Part shown: positions 1 to 11,857 of the stretch, piece by piece
How positions within the stretch are numbered: position 1 is the first letter of the stretch
How the letters are laid out: each line of letters starts with the position of its first letter
NCBI GenBank assembly: GCA_951406725.2
Contig: OX597839.1
Span: 28,768,001-28,832,000, forward strand
Length of the DNA stretch: 64,000 bases
Reading direction: 5' to 3'
Source: Octopus vulgaris
Taxonomy: Eukaryota
Notes under the pieces: generated by a model
What the model was told of the DNA's origin: nothing
Databases searched by the model: none
What the model saw: the letters and a program-made list of their open reading frames with translations, nothing else
Position numbers and translations under genes: made by a program

Positions 1-2167
1 GATGCACAGTGTGTCCTTGTGCTTAGTATACATACATACATACATACATATGTGGGGATGTAAACACACCAACACCAGTTGTCGAGTAGTGGTGGGGGAC
101 AAACACTGAAGAACTGGTGAGACTTGCAAAAAAGTTGTCCCTCGATGCTATTGACACGACATTCACCCAAACTCGGACCAGAGGGTTCAGTTTAACACCA
201 TCGTAAGCACTCACACTCAGTCAATAACTTTGGTGTGATCCTTGTATCGTTTTGCGAGGTGTTGTGGCTCATTTTCTAATATTCCCCGTTACCATCGTAA
301 CGATAATGGGCAATTAGCTTACTATTTTGTCTTAATTACCTCTTAAAGATATTTACTTTGGTATATTAAAACACAAACAATACCTTTGTGTGTGTGTGTG
401 TGGTGGGGTTCTATATGTTTTTTCCAGGTATTCTGGCTAAAATAATGCAATACACCGTTTTGTAGTACTGGTATATTCTACAAAATGAGAAAGACTCAGT
501 CATTATTTCATCTTTCAGATGCATACATAAATAAATAATTTTACATGGATGAAATGATTAGAGGAGGTTTTCACGGTCATTTTAAGAACAAAACCAGCAT
601 CCTAACTTCATTCCTTGCCGAGATGTTGCATTCTGAATGTTGTGTAACTTTGACTGTGTTTTTCTCAGTTTTTAAGTTGTAGCGCTTACGATGGAGATGT
701 ACTTGCATAGCAAGTGTCTTGATCTGAGATCGTGTGCTGAAACGAAAACAATTGTGCAGTGAACAGGTCTCGGTCTGAAAGCGACGAAAATATTTTGACA
801 AATTAAACTTGAATGTTGAAGTGAATCGAACGGCTTTTGTGTGTTTCTTAAATGGCTTACAAACACCTTCCACGCTTACGACGGTCTGTTATAAAAAGCC
901 TCGTTTTATATATGTACAACCATTGTCGTAGTTCACTGAAGCCTGTGCTTCATAGACAACGGGAGATATATCACACACCCGCCCTAGAAAATATTTAGAT
1001 TTGTCTCTACGTGTGCATCCGGTTCGGCCTTGAGTCGTCCGCTGCTTATTGTTCTATGACTTAACATTTATAATTCTCATTTTCATGCCTGTTACTCGGT
1101 TTGTTTGGTTTATTCAATTAACCGAAATGAACCTACTCTTGCCTTGACAAACTTCATTGCAAGGCTTTTGTGATAAACTATTTATGAACGTGACTGAATC
1201 GTTCTTTCAGTTGTGTTGACTTGTGGAACTTTATATAATTCATGTCTAACCTGAATATTATGTGTGCAGTGAAATAAAGATTACTATTAAATATTCGCGA
1301 GGTGTTGTTACATCTGTACCGGAGAAGGTTGCGATTTTTGACAAGCAAAATATTTATTGTTTGCGCACACACAAAATACATACTGTCGTTACACTGAATG
1401 ACAGAATGTCGACAGAGTTTTAATGTTGGCAATCTTTCGTCTCTAGTAGACTTTTCCGTCGATTTCCGTAAAAAAATTTTTTTTTTTTACATATGGGCTT
1501 GCGGGAACTTTTGAAGTAATGAGAGCGAAAGAGACTAAGAGAAAGCGATTGTATGAAGAGGGAAGTTCATACTTCCCATGGCCGTAGTCAAATGACTGAA
1601 TCATGTAAAAGAATAAAAGAATTACACGCATGTGTATTTAATGTGTGTATTTACATGCTTACATGTGTGTGTGAGTGTGTGTATATGTGTGTAAATGTGT
1701 GTGAGTGTGCAGGTGTGTGTGTGTGTGAGTGTGCAGGTGTGTGTAAGTGCCTGCGTGTGAGTGTGTGTGCGTTAGTGTGTGCATATGTGTATGTGTGTGT
1801 GTTTGTGTGTGTGCGCATGTGTGTGAGAGAGTGCATGTGTGTGTGGTCGTTATGACGACAGGCAAAACTTTATGTCTGGTGTGACATTGAGAGATATTAA
1901 AATTTTTATTTATTTTGTTCATTTCATGTTTAATCCGGAAATGGGATTTTGTTTAGCAAGCAGATTGTATGGCCTTTTATAGTTTGACATACCTGTTGAC
2001 ACCTGCATTGATTATAAAGGCAATCAGCATTCCGTGGGGCGGTGGGTGTAAGGGGGGGGAGAGAATTCTGAGAGACTGAGAATATGTGACACACTTACGA
2101 ATACATACATACTTACATATATATATGTATGTATATATGCATATATTTTATTTATTTATTATATTGT

Positions 2168-2225
<58 letters not shown>

Positions 2226-2241
2226 TACATATGTATATATA

Positions 2242-2760
2242 TTCTTTTATTGCGTTATTTGTTTTAGTCATTTGACTGCGGCCATGCTGGTGCACCACCT
2301 TAAAGGGTTTTAGTTGAAGAAATCGACTCCAGGACTTATTCTTTGTAAGCCTGCTACTTATTCTATCAGTCTCTTTTTGCCGAATAGCTAAGTCGCGGAG
2401 ACATAAACACACCAACGTCAGTTGTCAAGCGATGGCGGGGGAACAAACACAGATACACACACACATATATACATATATATAAACATTCAGGGGTTGGACA
2501 AAATAATTAGAACACGAGTTAAATTCAATGAATATATTTATTTGATATGGATTTGGTTCTGCTTCAACTTTCTGAACAGCTTCAATGCATCCAGGGATTT
2601 CTGACTTCATTGAGAGGAATCTCGAGCCATTCTTCCTGCAAAACCTCACAAGGCTTTGGTCGGCCCGAAGCTATAGTAGAAGATACTTGCTCAAGGTGTC
2701 TCGCAGTGAGACTGAAACCTGGAACTATGTGGTTGAGAAGCAAGCTTCTTACCACACAGT
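2242..2760 (-). mobile_element. tRNA-derived SINE family A, interrupted by a Tc1-like fragment (~2488-2642)
   Basis: Same body as about 20 other copies in the window (gtcatttgactgcggccatgctgg...gactgaa(a/c)cctggaactatgtggttg...cttaccacacag). On the minus strand the head has A-box TGGCTGTGTGG and B-box GGTTCAGTC. Confidence 0.85.
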
Positions 2761-2776
2761 CAATATATATATTTAG

Positions 2777-3146
2777 TGGAGGCGCAATGGCCCAGTGGTT
2801 AGGGCAGCGGACTCGCAGTCATAGGATCGCGGTTTCGATTCCCAGACCGGGCGTTGTGAGTGTTTATTGAGCGAAAACACCTAAAGCTCTACGAGGCTCC
2901 GGCAGGGGATGGTGGTGATCCCTGCTGTACTCTTTCTCTCACTCTTACTTCCTGTTTCTGTTGTACCTGTATTTCAAAGGGCCGCCCTTGTCACTCTCTG
3001 TGTCACGCTGAATATCCCCGAGAACTACGTTAAGGGTACACGTGTCTGTGGAGTGCTCAGCCACTTACACGTTAATTTCACGAGCAGGCTGTTCCGTTGA
3101 TTCGGATCAACCGGAACCCTCGTCGTCGTAATCGACCGAGTGCTTC
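2777..3146 (+). mobile_element. tRNA-derived SINE family C
   Basis: Head ggaggcgcaatggcccagtggttagggcagcggactcgc...ggtttcgattccc with A and B boxes; a second copy is at 43627. Confidence 0.8.
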
Positions 3147-3391
3147 TATCTATATATATTTAGAAGGCTGTTTGTTAGGGCTGGTCAGAAAGTGAGAATG
3201 GGTTTCGCACCTGCAAAACGCTTACCTGTATAGATGAATTGTGGGATTCAAATGGCTGGAGGCGCTTACGCTGCCCCTGAGAGAGGTTTTGTGACCCCAG
3301 CCATTTGTGTCTGATGAGATGCCTATGCAGCTGAGTGCTTTATAGGTCCGAAACCAAAAGTTACTCTTTGACCAACCATGACAAACAACCT

Positions 3392-3545
3392 TGTTGTGTG
3401 GTAAGAAGCTTGCTTCCCAACCACATGGTTGCTTGTTCAGTCCCACTGCATGGCACCTTGGGCAAGTGTCTTCTACTATAGCCTCAAACCGACCAAAGGC
3501 TTATGAATGGATTTGGTAGACGGAAACTGAAAGAAACTTGTCATA
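3392..3545 (+). mobile_element. SINE family A, head half
   Basis: tgtgtggtaagaagcttgcttcccaaccacatgg...gttcagtcccactgc...ggatttggtagacggaaactgaaag. Confidence 0.75.
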
Positions 3546-3902
3546 AATATATATATATATATATATATATATTGATAAAACGGTAAGATAACAAAAGAAA
3601 GAAAGAGACCTCAATATTATGTAAATAGAGGAAATTTATCTATACAATATGTTACATATGTTAACAAAACACATAAACACATATACTCAGAAACACACGC
3701 ATATATTGAGTGTGTATTACACACACACACACACACATATATATATATCCCCAGTTTCGCACTGGGGTAGGGGCATATAATCGACTCAATCCCTTCGTCT
3801 GTCCTTGTTTGTCCCCTCTGTGTTTAGCCCCTTGTGAGCAGTAAAGAAATATATATATATCTGGCCTTCAAAAAGAAAAGATCCTATATATATATATATA
3901 TA

Positions 3903-3943
<41 letters not shown>

Positions 3944-3964
3944 CGTAGGAGTGGCTGTGTGGTG

Positions 3965-4125
3965 GAGGCGAAAGTTCTAAACTACGAGTATAACGTTTCG
4001 GATATCGTCTTTCGTCGGACACTGGAGGAAAGTTCAAGAGACACTGGAAAGAGATGGAAACGAAAGTAGAGAAGAAAAGAACTGAACATGAGATGAGAGC
4101 CAACAAGAGAACGCACGTGGGTTAG
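3965..4125 (-). mobile_element. Short PLE-derived element with a hammerhead-like core (3988-4023)
   Basis: Reverse strand reads gtgt-CCGACGA-aagacgatatcc-GAAA-CG-TT-atac. Confidence 0.55.
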
Positions 4126-4854
4126 GGCATGTGTGTGTGTGTGTATGTGTGTGTGTTAGCGTATTTCTTTCTTCTGTCGAAGTTCTTTGTTCTTGGATGT
4201 TAAAAAGTTATGTCGATGCTTCTTTCAACCCCTTTCCTCCTCCTTTTCCTCTCAAAATATTTGAACAAAAAAAATGAAAAAAAGAAAACATATTCAACCG
4301 AAGAGAAAATCAAAAGAAGCATGGCGTTGGTACAGTAAACACGTGTGTGTGTAAGTGCGTAGGAGTGCACGTGTGTGTGTAAGTGCGTAGGAGTGCATGT
4401 GTGTGTGTGTTTGTAAGTGTGTATCTTTGTACGAGTACATTTGTGAATGTATGTGTGTACGTGTGCATTTCTGTATGTGTGCGTGTGTATAAGTGTATGT
4501 GTGTAAGAGTGCATATATGTATGTATGTGTATGAGTGCACGTGCACATCAATGTGTGGGAATGTGTGTTTGTGAGAATGTATATATGTATATATATATAT
4601 ATATATACCTAAGAGCATGAACGTGTGTATATATGTATCAGTGTACGCGTGTGTATATGACTGTGTGTATGTGTGTGTATGTACACGTCAGTGTGCATAT
4701 CTGCGTGGATATACATATATGTGTGTGTGTGTGTGTGTAATACACACTCAATATATGCGTGTGTTTCTGAGTATATGTGTTTATGTGTTTTGTTAAATTT
4801 TATATATAGATATACATGTGCGTGTGTCTGTGTCCGTATAAGCATGTATGCATC

Positions 4855-5003
4855 CGCCGAGGTCAACTTTGCCTTTCATCCTTTCGGGGTCGATAAATAA
4901 AGTACCAGTTTCGCACTGGGGTAGGGGCATATAATCGACTCAATCCCTTCGTCTGTCCTTGTTTGTCCCCTCTGTGTTTAGCCCCTTGTGAGCAGTAAAG
5001 AAA
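4855..5003 (+). mobile_element. SINE family B, 3' part
   Basis: ccgccgaggtcaactttgcctttcatcctttcggggtcgataaataaagtaccagtt..., shared with many copies. Confidence 0.8.
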
Positions 5004-5472
5004 TATATATATATATATGCGTGTTTATATTACTTAGGATTTGGTGCACGTGATGTTTTAAAGGAGAGGACAGTGTGTATGTGTATGTGTATGTGTGTGT
5101 GTGTGTATACATCTGTGGATAGATGTGTGTGTGCGCCTGCGTGTGTGTGTTTGTACGTATGACAAACAAGATAACGTATCACGTTATCGTTATTTAACCC
5201 CAGGCTGACTTTGGATTGAGCAGGCCTGTGGTCGAAGTTGTTGCGAGGATATCGAACGCTGTGCCACGGCATGTCCTCCCCTCCCGGGGCGTGGTCGCTC
5301 AACTAAACTGGAGAACTAAAAGCTATCATTCAATATGGCCCTCTCTCTTTGTTAAGACGCTGTCGTATGATTTGAGGGATTCGGCTGCTATATCCAGCAG
5401 GCCGAACGACCACGTAGCGACTCCCGCGTTGACTCATAATTTCATCATGTGACTTTCTGAAGTATATCGGAC

Positions 5473-5534
<62 letters not shown>

Positions 5535-5535
5535 C

Positions 5536-5593
<58 letters not shown>

Positions 5594-5661
5594 AAAATAG
5601 CTATCGCTTTTAGAAAATAAGATAACGGAAGAATGACATGTGATGTTACAAACGATCAACG

Positions 5662-5912
5662 ACCGACGTGTGTGTGTGTGTGTGTCGCTTTGCCGACGTG
5701 TGTGTGTGTGTGTGTGTGTGTCGCTTTGCCGACGTGTGTGTGTGTGTGTGTGTGTCGCTTTGCCGACGTGTGTGTGTGTGTGTGTGTGTCGCTTTGCCGA
5801 CGTGTGTGTGTGTGTGTGTGTCGCTTTGCCGGCGTGTGTGTGTGTGTGTCGCTTTGCCGACGTGTGTGTGTGTGTGTCGCTTTGCCGACGTGTGTGTGTG
5901 TGTGTGTGTGTG
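5662..5912. repeat. Compound minisatellite: 7 x tcgctttgccgacg separated by variable (TG)n
   Basis: Directly visible; preceded by a (TG)n tract at ~5475-5590. Confidence 0.9.
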
Positions 5913-5959
5913 TATGCGTCTTATCGTGTTTGCATCTGACTGTGTTCTTATATATATCT

Positions 5960-6159
5960 CTTTTACTTGTTTCAGTCATTTTGACTGCGGCCATGCTGGA
6001 GCACCGCCTTTAAGTCGAGCAAATCGACCCCGGGACTTATTCTTTGTAAGCCCAGTACTTACTCTATCGGTCATTTTTGCCGAACCGCTAAGTGACGGGG
6101 ACGTAAACACACCAGCATCGGTTGTCAAGCATGCTAGAGGGACAAACATATACACACAT

Positions 6160-6196
<37 letters not shown>

Positions 6197-6350
6197 CACG
6201 ACGGGCTTCTTTCAGTTTCCGTCTACCAAATCCACTCATAAGGCTTTGATCGGCCCGACGCTGTAGTAGAAGACACTTGCCCAAGGTGCTACACAGTGGG
6301 ACTGAACCCGGAACCATGTGATTGGTTAGCAAGCTACTTACCACACAGCC
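5960..6350 (-). mobile_element. SINE family A, near full length
   Basis: Family A consensus motifs from end to end. Confidence 0.9.
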
Positions 6351-6367
6351 TTTTTTCATTCCTTTAT

Positions 6368-6735
6368 CCTTTTACTTGTTTCGGTTATTTTTACTATGGC
6401 CATGCTGGAGCACCGCCTTTTAGTCGAAGAAGTCTACCCCTGGACTTACTCTTCGTAAGTTTAGTACTAGTTCTTTCGGTCCCTTAGACCGAACCACTAA
6501 GTTACAGGGAGGTAAACACACCGACATCGGTTGTCAAGTGATGAAGGGGACACTAAGAAACAAATATATATATACATATACACGACGGGCTTCTTTCAGT
6601 TTCCGTCTACCAAATCCACTCATAAGGCTTTGATCGGCCCGACGCTGTAGTAGAAGACACTTGCCCAAGGTGCTACACAGTGGGATTGAACCTGGAACCA
6701 TTGTGGTTGGGAAGCAAACTTCTTACCACATAAGC
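6368..6735 (-). mobile_element. SINE family A, second tandem copy
   Basis: Family A motifs; head region almost identical to the 5960-6350 copy. Confidence 0.85.
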
Positions 6736-6797
6736 ATGCACACACACACACACACACACACAATCCTTTAAGAAGCAAGCTTCTTACCACATAGCCA

Positions 6798-6839
<42 letters not shown>

Positions 6840-7036
6840 TTAAAAGTAAAATTACATTTAATTCATTAATATTGTCCCAAAATAATCTGTATTTTTGTTA
6901 TTTTTTATTTGCCCTGTCCGTGTGAGCTAACAATCGTACTGACTTTCATGGTAAGCATGTATTTTCGTGGTTGAAACCTTTTGGATTAACTGGTGCTAGA
7001 GTGAGCAATATAGTGACCACTCTCTTATATTTGTTT

Positions 7037-7129
<93 letters not shown>

Positions 7130-7293
7130 TCAATCCAAAGGAAAGAATTTCCTTCAAAGGGTTGAAAACAATCCAATTTTTACTGGTTCTACTATACCAC
7201 AATATAGCCAAGATCAGAACTTAAAATGGTATTATTTCAATATACCATTTAAATTTTTTTTTATATTTATAGCTAGCTATAATGGATGGATAT

Positions 7294-7348
<55 letters not shown>

Positions 7349-7524
7349 TAGTACAACTAGTTACACTCAACAAATACAACAATAGCCGTATGTCATTGAA
7401 TATCACAGCGCTTCATGCAAAAGGCGTTGCATCGAAGGATAACGTGGGAGATGCACTGGCACAGTGACTCTGACGCATGGGGCTCGCACTTGCGGACAGC
7501 AGCCTGCGCCCTGATAGCGGTGAC

Positions 7525-7760
7525 ATATTTTATCGACCCCAAAAGGATGAAAGGCAAAGTGGATCTCGGAAGAATTTGAACTCAGAACGCGAAGACGGAC
7601 GAAATGCCGCTAAGCATTTTGCCCACCGTGCTAAGAGTTCTGCCAATATACTAATATCATATATTAGTTTCAAATTTTGGTACAACGCCAGCAATTTCGG
7701 GGAAGTGTGTAAGCCGATTAGATCAACTGGTAATTTATTCTATTGACCCTAATATTATGA
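7525..7760 (-). mobile_element. SINE family B fragments
   Basis: ttatcgaccccaaaaggatgaaaggcaaagt...aatttgaactcagaacg...gaaatgccgctaagcattt. Confidence 0.75.
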
Positions 7761-7799
7761 AAAGGGTAAAGACCCCCGAAAGGGTTCTTTATATATAAA

Positions 7800-8123
7800 G
7801 ACTCCCTTCAGTCATGAATGACCATGGGATTGTCCCTAGAAAGTTACCCTCCCAGGCACAAGTCCAGGCAAGGTTGTTTATGGAAGACCAGCAGTCACCC
7901 ATGCATACCAGCCTCCCCTCTCCACACCACCGATGTAATCCAAGGAAAAGGCAAAGGGGCTGATACAGCTTGGCACCTGTGACTTCACAACTCATTTCTA
8001 CAGCTGAGTGAACCGGAGCAACGTGAAAAAAAGTATCTTGCTCAAGAACACAACACACAGCCCAATCCAAGAATGGAACTCACTACCTCATGATTGTAAA
8101 CCTGACGCTCTAACCACTTAGCC
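7800..8123 (-). mobile_element. tRNA-headed SINE (distinct family F)
   Basis: Minus-strand head ggctaagtggttagagcgtcagg...gtgagttccattc, followed by tgtgttgtgttcttgagcaagatactt, a typical SINE tRNA-flank motif. Confidence 0.65.
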
Positions 8124-8147
8124 ATTACATATTAGGGATATATGAAT

Positions 8148-8515
8148 AGGGGGAGCATGGTGAATGGTTAAGAAGCTCTTTTGCAAACACGCGATTTCGG
8201 GTTCAAATCCGATGCACGGTACCATGGGTAAGTGTTTTCTATAATAGTTCTGGGGCGACCAGTGTCTTGTACATGGAATTTGACTGACGGAGACTGTGTG
8301 GAAGCCCATCGTGTATGTATGTGTGTTTGTGTTTGTCTCCCCATCTCTTGACAACCACTGCAGGTTTGTTTTTCACCCTCGTAACTTAGCAGTTTGGCAA
8401 AACAGAACGATAAAATAAGTAATAGACTTAGAAAATCAGTACTGGTTAAAATTAGTTCGGCTGAATCTGAGACACGGTGCTCCAGTATGGCCGAAGCCTG
8501 ACGACTGAAACAAGC
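8148..8515 (+). mobile_element. Diverged family A-related SINE
   Basis: Head catggtgaatggttaag...gggttcaaatcc; body ends ccagtatggccg...gactgaaacaag. Confidence 0.7.
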
Positions 8516-8674
8516 CTTTATGTTCGTGTTGCAATGAAAAAACAATTTTACAATCCATTTAGTAGAGTACAAGAATAGTAATGACAGTAAAGTCGAAGCC
8601 CAATGATGGCTTAGCAGGCGGAGACTTCGAAGTCACTATCAATGCTATTCTTGTTAAAGAATTACCTAAATACA

Positions 8675-9058
8675 TGCGTGGGTGTGTGATAAGAAGTTTC
8701 CTTCCCAACCACATGGTTCCGGGTTCAGTCCCACTGTGTGGCACTTTGGCCAAGTGTCTTCTACTATAATAGCCTCAGGCCAACCAAAGCCTTGTGAGTG
8801 GATTTGATAAGCGGTAACAGAAAGAAGTCCGTTGGATATGTGTGTGTGTGTGTGTGTTTGTTTCCAATCCCCGCTTGACAACCTGTGTTGTGGTGTTTAC
8901 GTCCCCAAAACTTAGCAGTTCGACAAAAGAGACCGATAGAATAAGTGCCGGGTTTTAGAAAAGTCCTGAGTTTCGCTTGTTCGACTAAAAGCCCTTCAAG
9001 GCGGTGCTCTAGTATGGCCGCAGCCAAATGACTGAAACAATTTAAACGATAAAAGAAT
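8675..9058 (+). mobile_element. SINE family A
   Basis: cccaaccacatggttccgggttcagtcccactg...gtatggccgcagccaaatgactgaaac. Confidence 0.85.
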
Positions 9059-9093
9059 AGACTAAACAACAACAGTAACACAAAAAATAAGAG

Positions 9094-10140
9094 GGATCTA
9101 GCTTGTTTGGTTGCCAGCATTTCAAAAAATAAAGTTCATCGAAAATTTTAAAATTTGGTACATTAATATACTTTTCCAAGCTGAATTGCTGGATTTATTT
9201 CAGTTTTTCCAGGAAAATGTTTTAAAAATTTTATAGAGAAAAGAGAAAGAGAAAAAAAGAGAGGCTTCAAGTTTGATCATTTTTTCCCAGTCAAGAAACA
9301 GGATATGGAAGCTGTCATTTTGTGCGTGACAGCACGTCTTGTCAGTTGTAAACATCAATTTCTGCTCTATGCACGCCATATAACCCTCATAACTTTTTTT
9401 TATATTTTAGTATTTTCAGAAACATTTTCCGAATATGTATTCTACACATGGGAATTCGGTACTACTTAAGAAGAGTGGTCCCGGTGCGCGCACTCGCGTA
9501 GTCGCGTAGCTGCGCTAGCTAGTCGTGACTAGTCGATCCCTACTTTGTGTTTTTGTATTCTATTTACTTTGTTTAGAAAAATTATTTACTTTGTGTTTTT
9601 GTGTTTTATTTACATTGTTTAAAAAATTATTTCGTGTAAAAAAATATATATATTGTGTTTTATTTACTTTGCTAGGTAGTCGTTGTAGGATCGACTAGTC
9701 ACGACTAGCTAGCGCAGATATACGACTACGCGAGTGCACGCACCGGGACCACTCTTCTTAAGTAGTACCTGGGAATTCATGCGCTTGTCCAAAAGTAAAA
9801 CAAAAAATTTCTTGGTGCATGATTTAAGGCCTATTTGGCTGCTATTTTTAGCACATCTGAACAACCACCTCAATGAGTGGAAAATATTTGTTAACACGTG
9901 TTTTTTCGCACACAAAAGAGTTCTCGTGTTCTGCGTGTTACTATGGAAACAGGCATGAATGAGTCTGTTGCTTACGATTGGCTAAAATTTTCAAACTTTA
10001 TTTGCCAATCACTCTTCATTTATCGATTTATGACGAAGATGACTTTCACGTAATTCATTGGCCTATAAAGGCCTACCATTACACTGAATATGAAATCAAT
10101 TCGAACGGAAGTGATGCTGGCAACCAAACAGACTAGATCC
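9094..10140. mobile_element. Non-autonomous TIR DNA transposon with 8-bp TSD (superfamily unassigned)
   Basis: TIR ggatctagcttgtttggttgccagcat / atgctggcaaccaaacagactagatcc; TSD aataagag at 9086-9093 and 10141-10148; related inverted copy at 21323-22995. Confidence 0.85.
9458..9769. mobile_element. Merlin-like (or MULE-like) MITE nested in the 9094-10140 element
   Basis: ~85-bp TIR starting GGTACTACTTAAGAAGAGTGGTCCCGGTGC; 9-bp TSD tgggaattc at 9449-9457 and 9770-9778. Confidence 0.9.
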
Positions 10141-10319
10141 AATAAGAGATATATCTGCATATTTAAAAACAGCTTTTGCTAATCACAATCAGAGAGGATG
10201 GTCACGGTCGGAAAGCTATTGAGGACTACTTATATTTTCATATAAGGACATCGTCCGTTGTTACAGCTGCTAAACACGAAGAATCAGACGCGATGGTGAC
10301 ACCTGGAATGCTTTTGATC

Positions 10320-10715
10320 TCTCTTTTACTTGTTTTCAATCATTTGACTGCGGCCATGCTGGTGCACCGCCTTTACTCGAGCAAATCGACCCCAGGACTT
10401 ATTCTTTGGAAGCTTAGTACTTATTCTATCGGTCTCCTTTGCCGAACCGCCGGTTACAGGGACGCAAACACATCACTATCGGGCGTCAAGCGATACTGGG
10501 GGGGGGGGACACAAACACAGACACACACACATATATATAGTTCGATTTGAAAACCCCACTAGAATGAGAGAAAGCGCTAATATATGATATATGATCTAAG
10601 TTACATGAGGTATAAAAACATGTAATATACAAATAAATATCTGTAAATATAAAACCATCCGAATTTCTGAGTACCTCATTTCTTCTAATATAAAATACCT
10701 GTACATCATCTCGAA

Positions 10716-10778
<63 letters not shown>

Positions 10779-10932
10779 GACGGGCTTCTTTCAGTTTCCG
10801 TTTACCAAATCCACTCACAAGGCCTTAGTCAGCCCGAGGCTATAGTAGAAGACATTTGCCCAAGGTGCCACGCAGTGGGACTGAACCCGGAACCATGTGG
10901 TTCGTAAGCAAGCTACTTACCACACAGCCACT
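10320..10932 (-). mobile_element. SINE family A with a PLE-derived insert (~10540-10720) in its internal microsatellite
   Basis: Family A motifs on both sides; insert tttgaaaaccccactagaatgagagaaagcgcta... is also present at ~52740. Confidence 0.8.
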
Positions 10933-11434
10933 CGTATATCTTCTCATTAAAGGTTGACCTAGGCAAAACAACAACAATAACAAACAACAGCAACAAAGTA
11001 ACGCCAGTAATAACAGATATACATATAAAGAGAGTCACCTGTTGTTACAACTCTTAAATGAAAAGAATCAGAGGCGATGGTCACAGCTGGAATGCCTTTC
11101 ATCATGTCTGCTCATTGAAGGCAGATCTAGGTTAACCACCACAACAAGAGTAACATCGACAACAATAAATATAAGCAAGGCCACCTGTTGTTACAGTTGT
11201 TAAACGTAAAGAGACAGAGGTGATGGCCACAGCTGGAATGCTTTTGATGATATGTATACTCATTGAGGGCTGACCTAGTTAACCACCACGAGCACCAACA
11301 ACATTAGTAACAGTAACACTGATATATATATATATATATATAAACAGGTTATCTGTTGTTACAGAGGTGATAGCCATGGCTGGAATACTTTTCATTGCGT
11401 TGAGAACTAACCTAGTTAACCACCCCCACGACCA

Positions 11435-11857
11435 GCCGTTCAAGAATTTAGACCTGGAGATCTCCATTTCCAGCGACTTCGAGGGCCACCTCCCAGTGGT
11501 GTCGGGCGTCAACGAAGAGCCCTCGACTACAACAAGACGACCAAAGTTTTTTTTTCCTCCCAAGGTCTGAGGTTTCCCTAGACCAGTGCTTTTCAACCTT
11601 TTTGCTGGAGCGGAACCCCAAGGAAACATTTCACTGGTTCGAGGAACCCCTGTGCAATAATTTAATTGTCTTATTCGCACATATCTGCACAGGAGAATTA
11701 AAAATTACTGTCGATTTTAGCATTTTTGTAACTTCTTGCGGAACCCCTGGACTGTACTGGCGGAACCCTAAGGTTCCACGGAACCCTTGTTGAAAACCAC
11801 TGCCCTAGACCATCACCTAATCACCTTTACCCGTCTTATTGCTTAACAACAACAACA
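11435..11857 (+). mobile_element. Short (~205-nt net) headless retroposon with (AAC)n tail and 13-bp TSD; contains an HDV-like fold; interrupted by a hAT MITE
   Basis: TSD acccccacgacca at 11422-11434 and 11858-11870; second copy at 50768-50980 with the same 5' start. Confidence 0.75.
11584..11802. mobile_element. hAT-superfamily MITE
   Basis: TIR cagtgcttttcaac / gttgaaaaccactg; 8-bp TSD ccctagac at 11576-11583 and 11803-11810; subterminal ggaaccc repeats; empty site at ~50921. Confidence 0.92.

Noticed and set aside
2777-2850. Functional tRNA genes at SINE heads (also 43627, 16939, 60093)
   Set aside because: Each continues into a SINE body shared by several copies and lacks a proper acceptor stem and terminator.
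5662-5912. CRISPR-like repeat-spacer pattern
   Set aside because: The repeat is only 14 bp, the 'spacers' are plain (TG)n, there are no cas genes, and the context is eukaryotic.
7405-7520. GC-richer patch with a short frame (RFMQKALHRRITWEMHWH...)
   Set aside because: Weak splice signals, runs into a SINE, and shows no recognisable homology.
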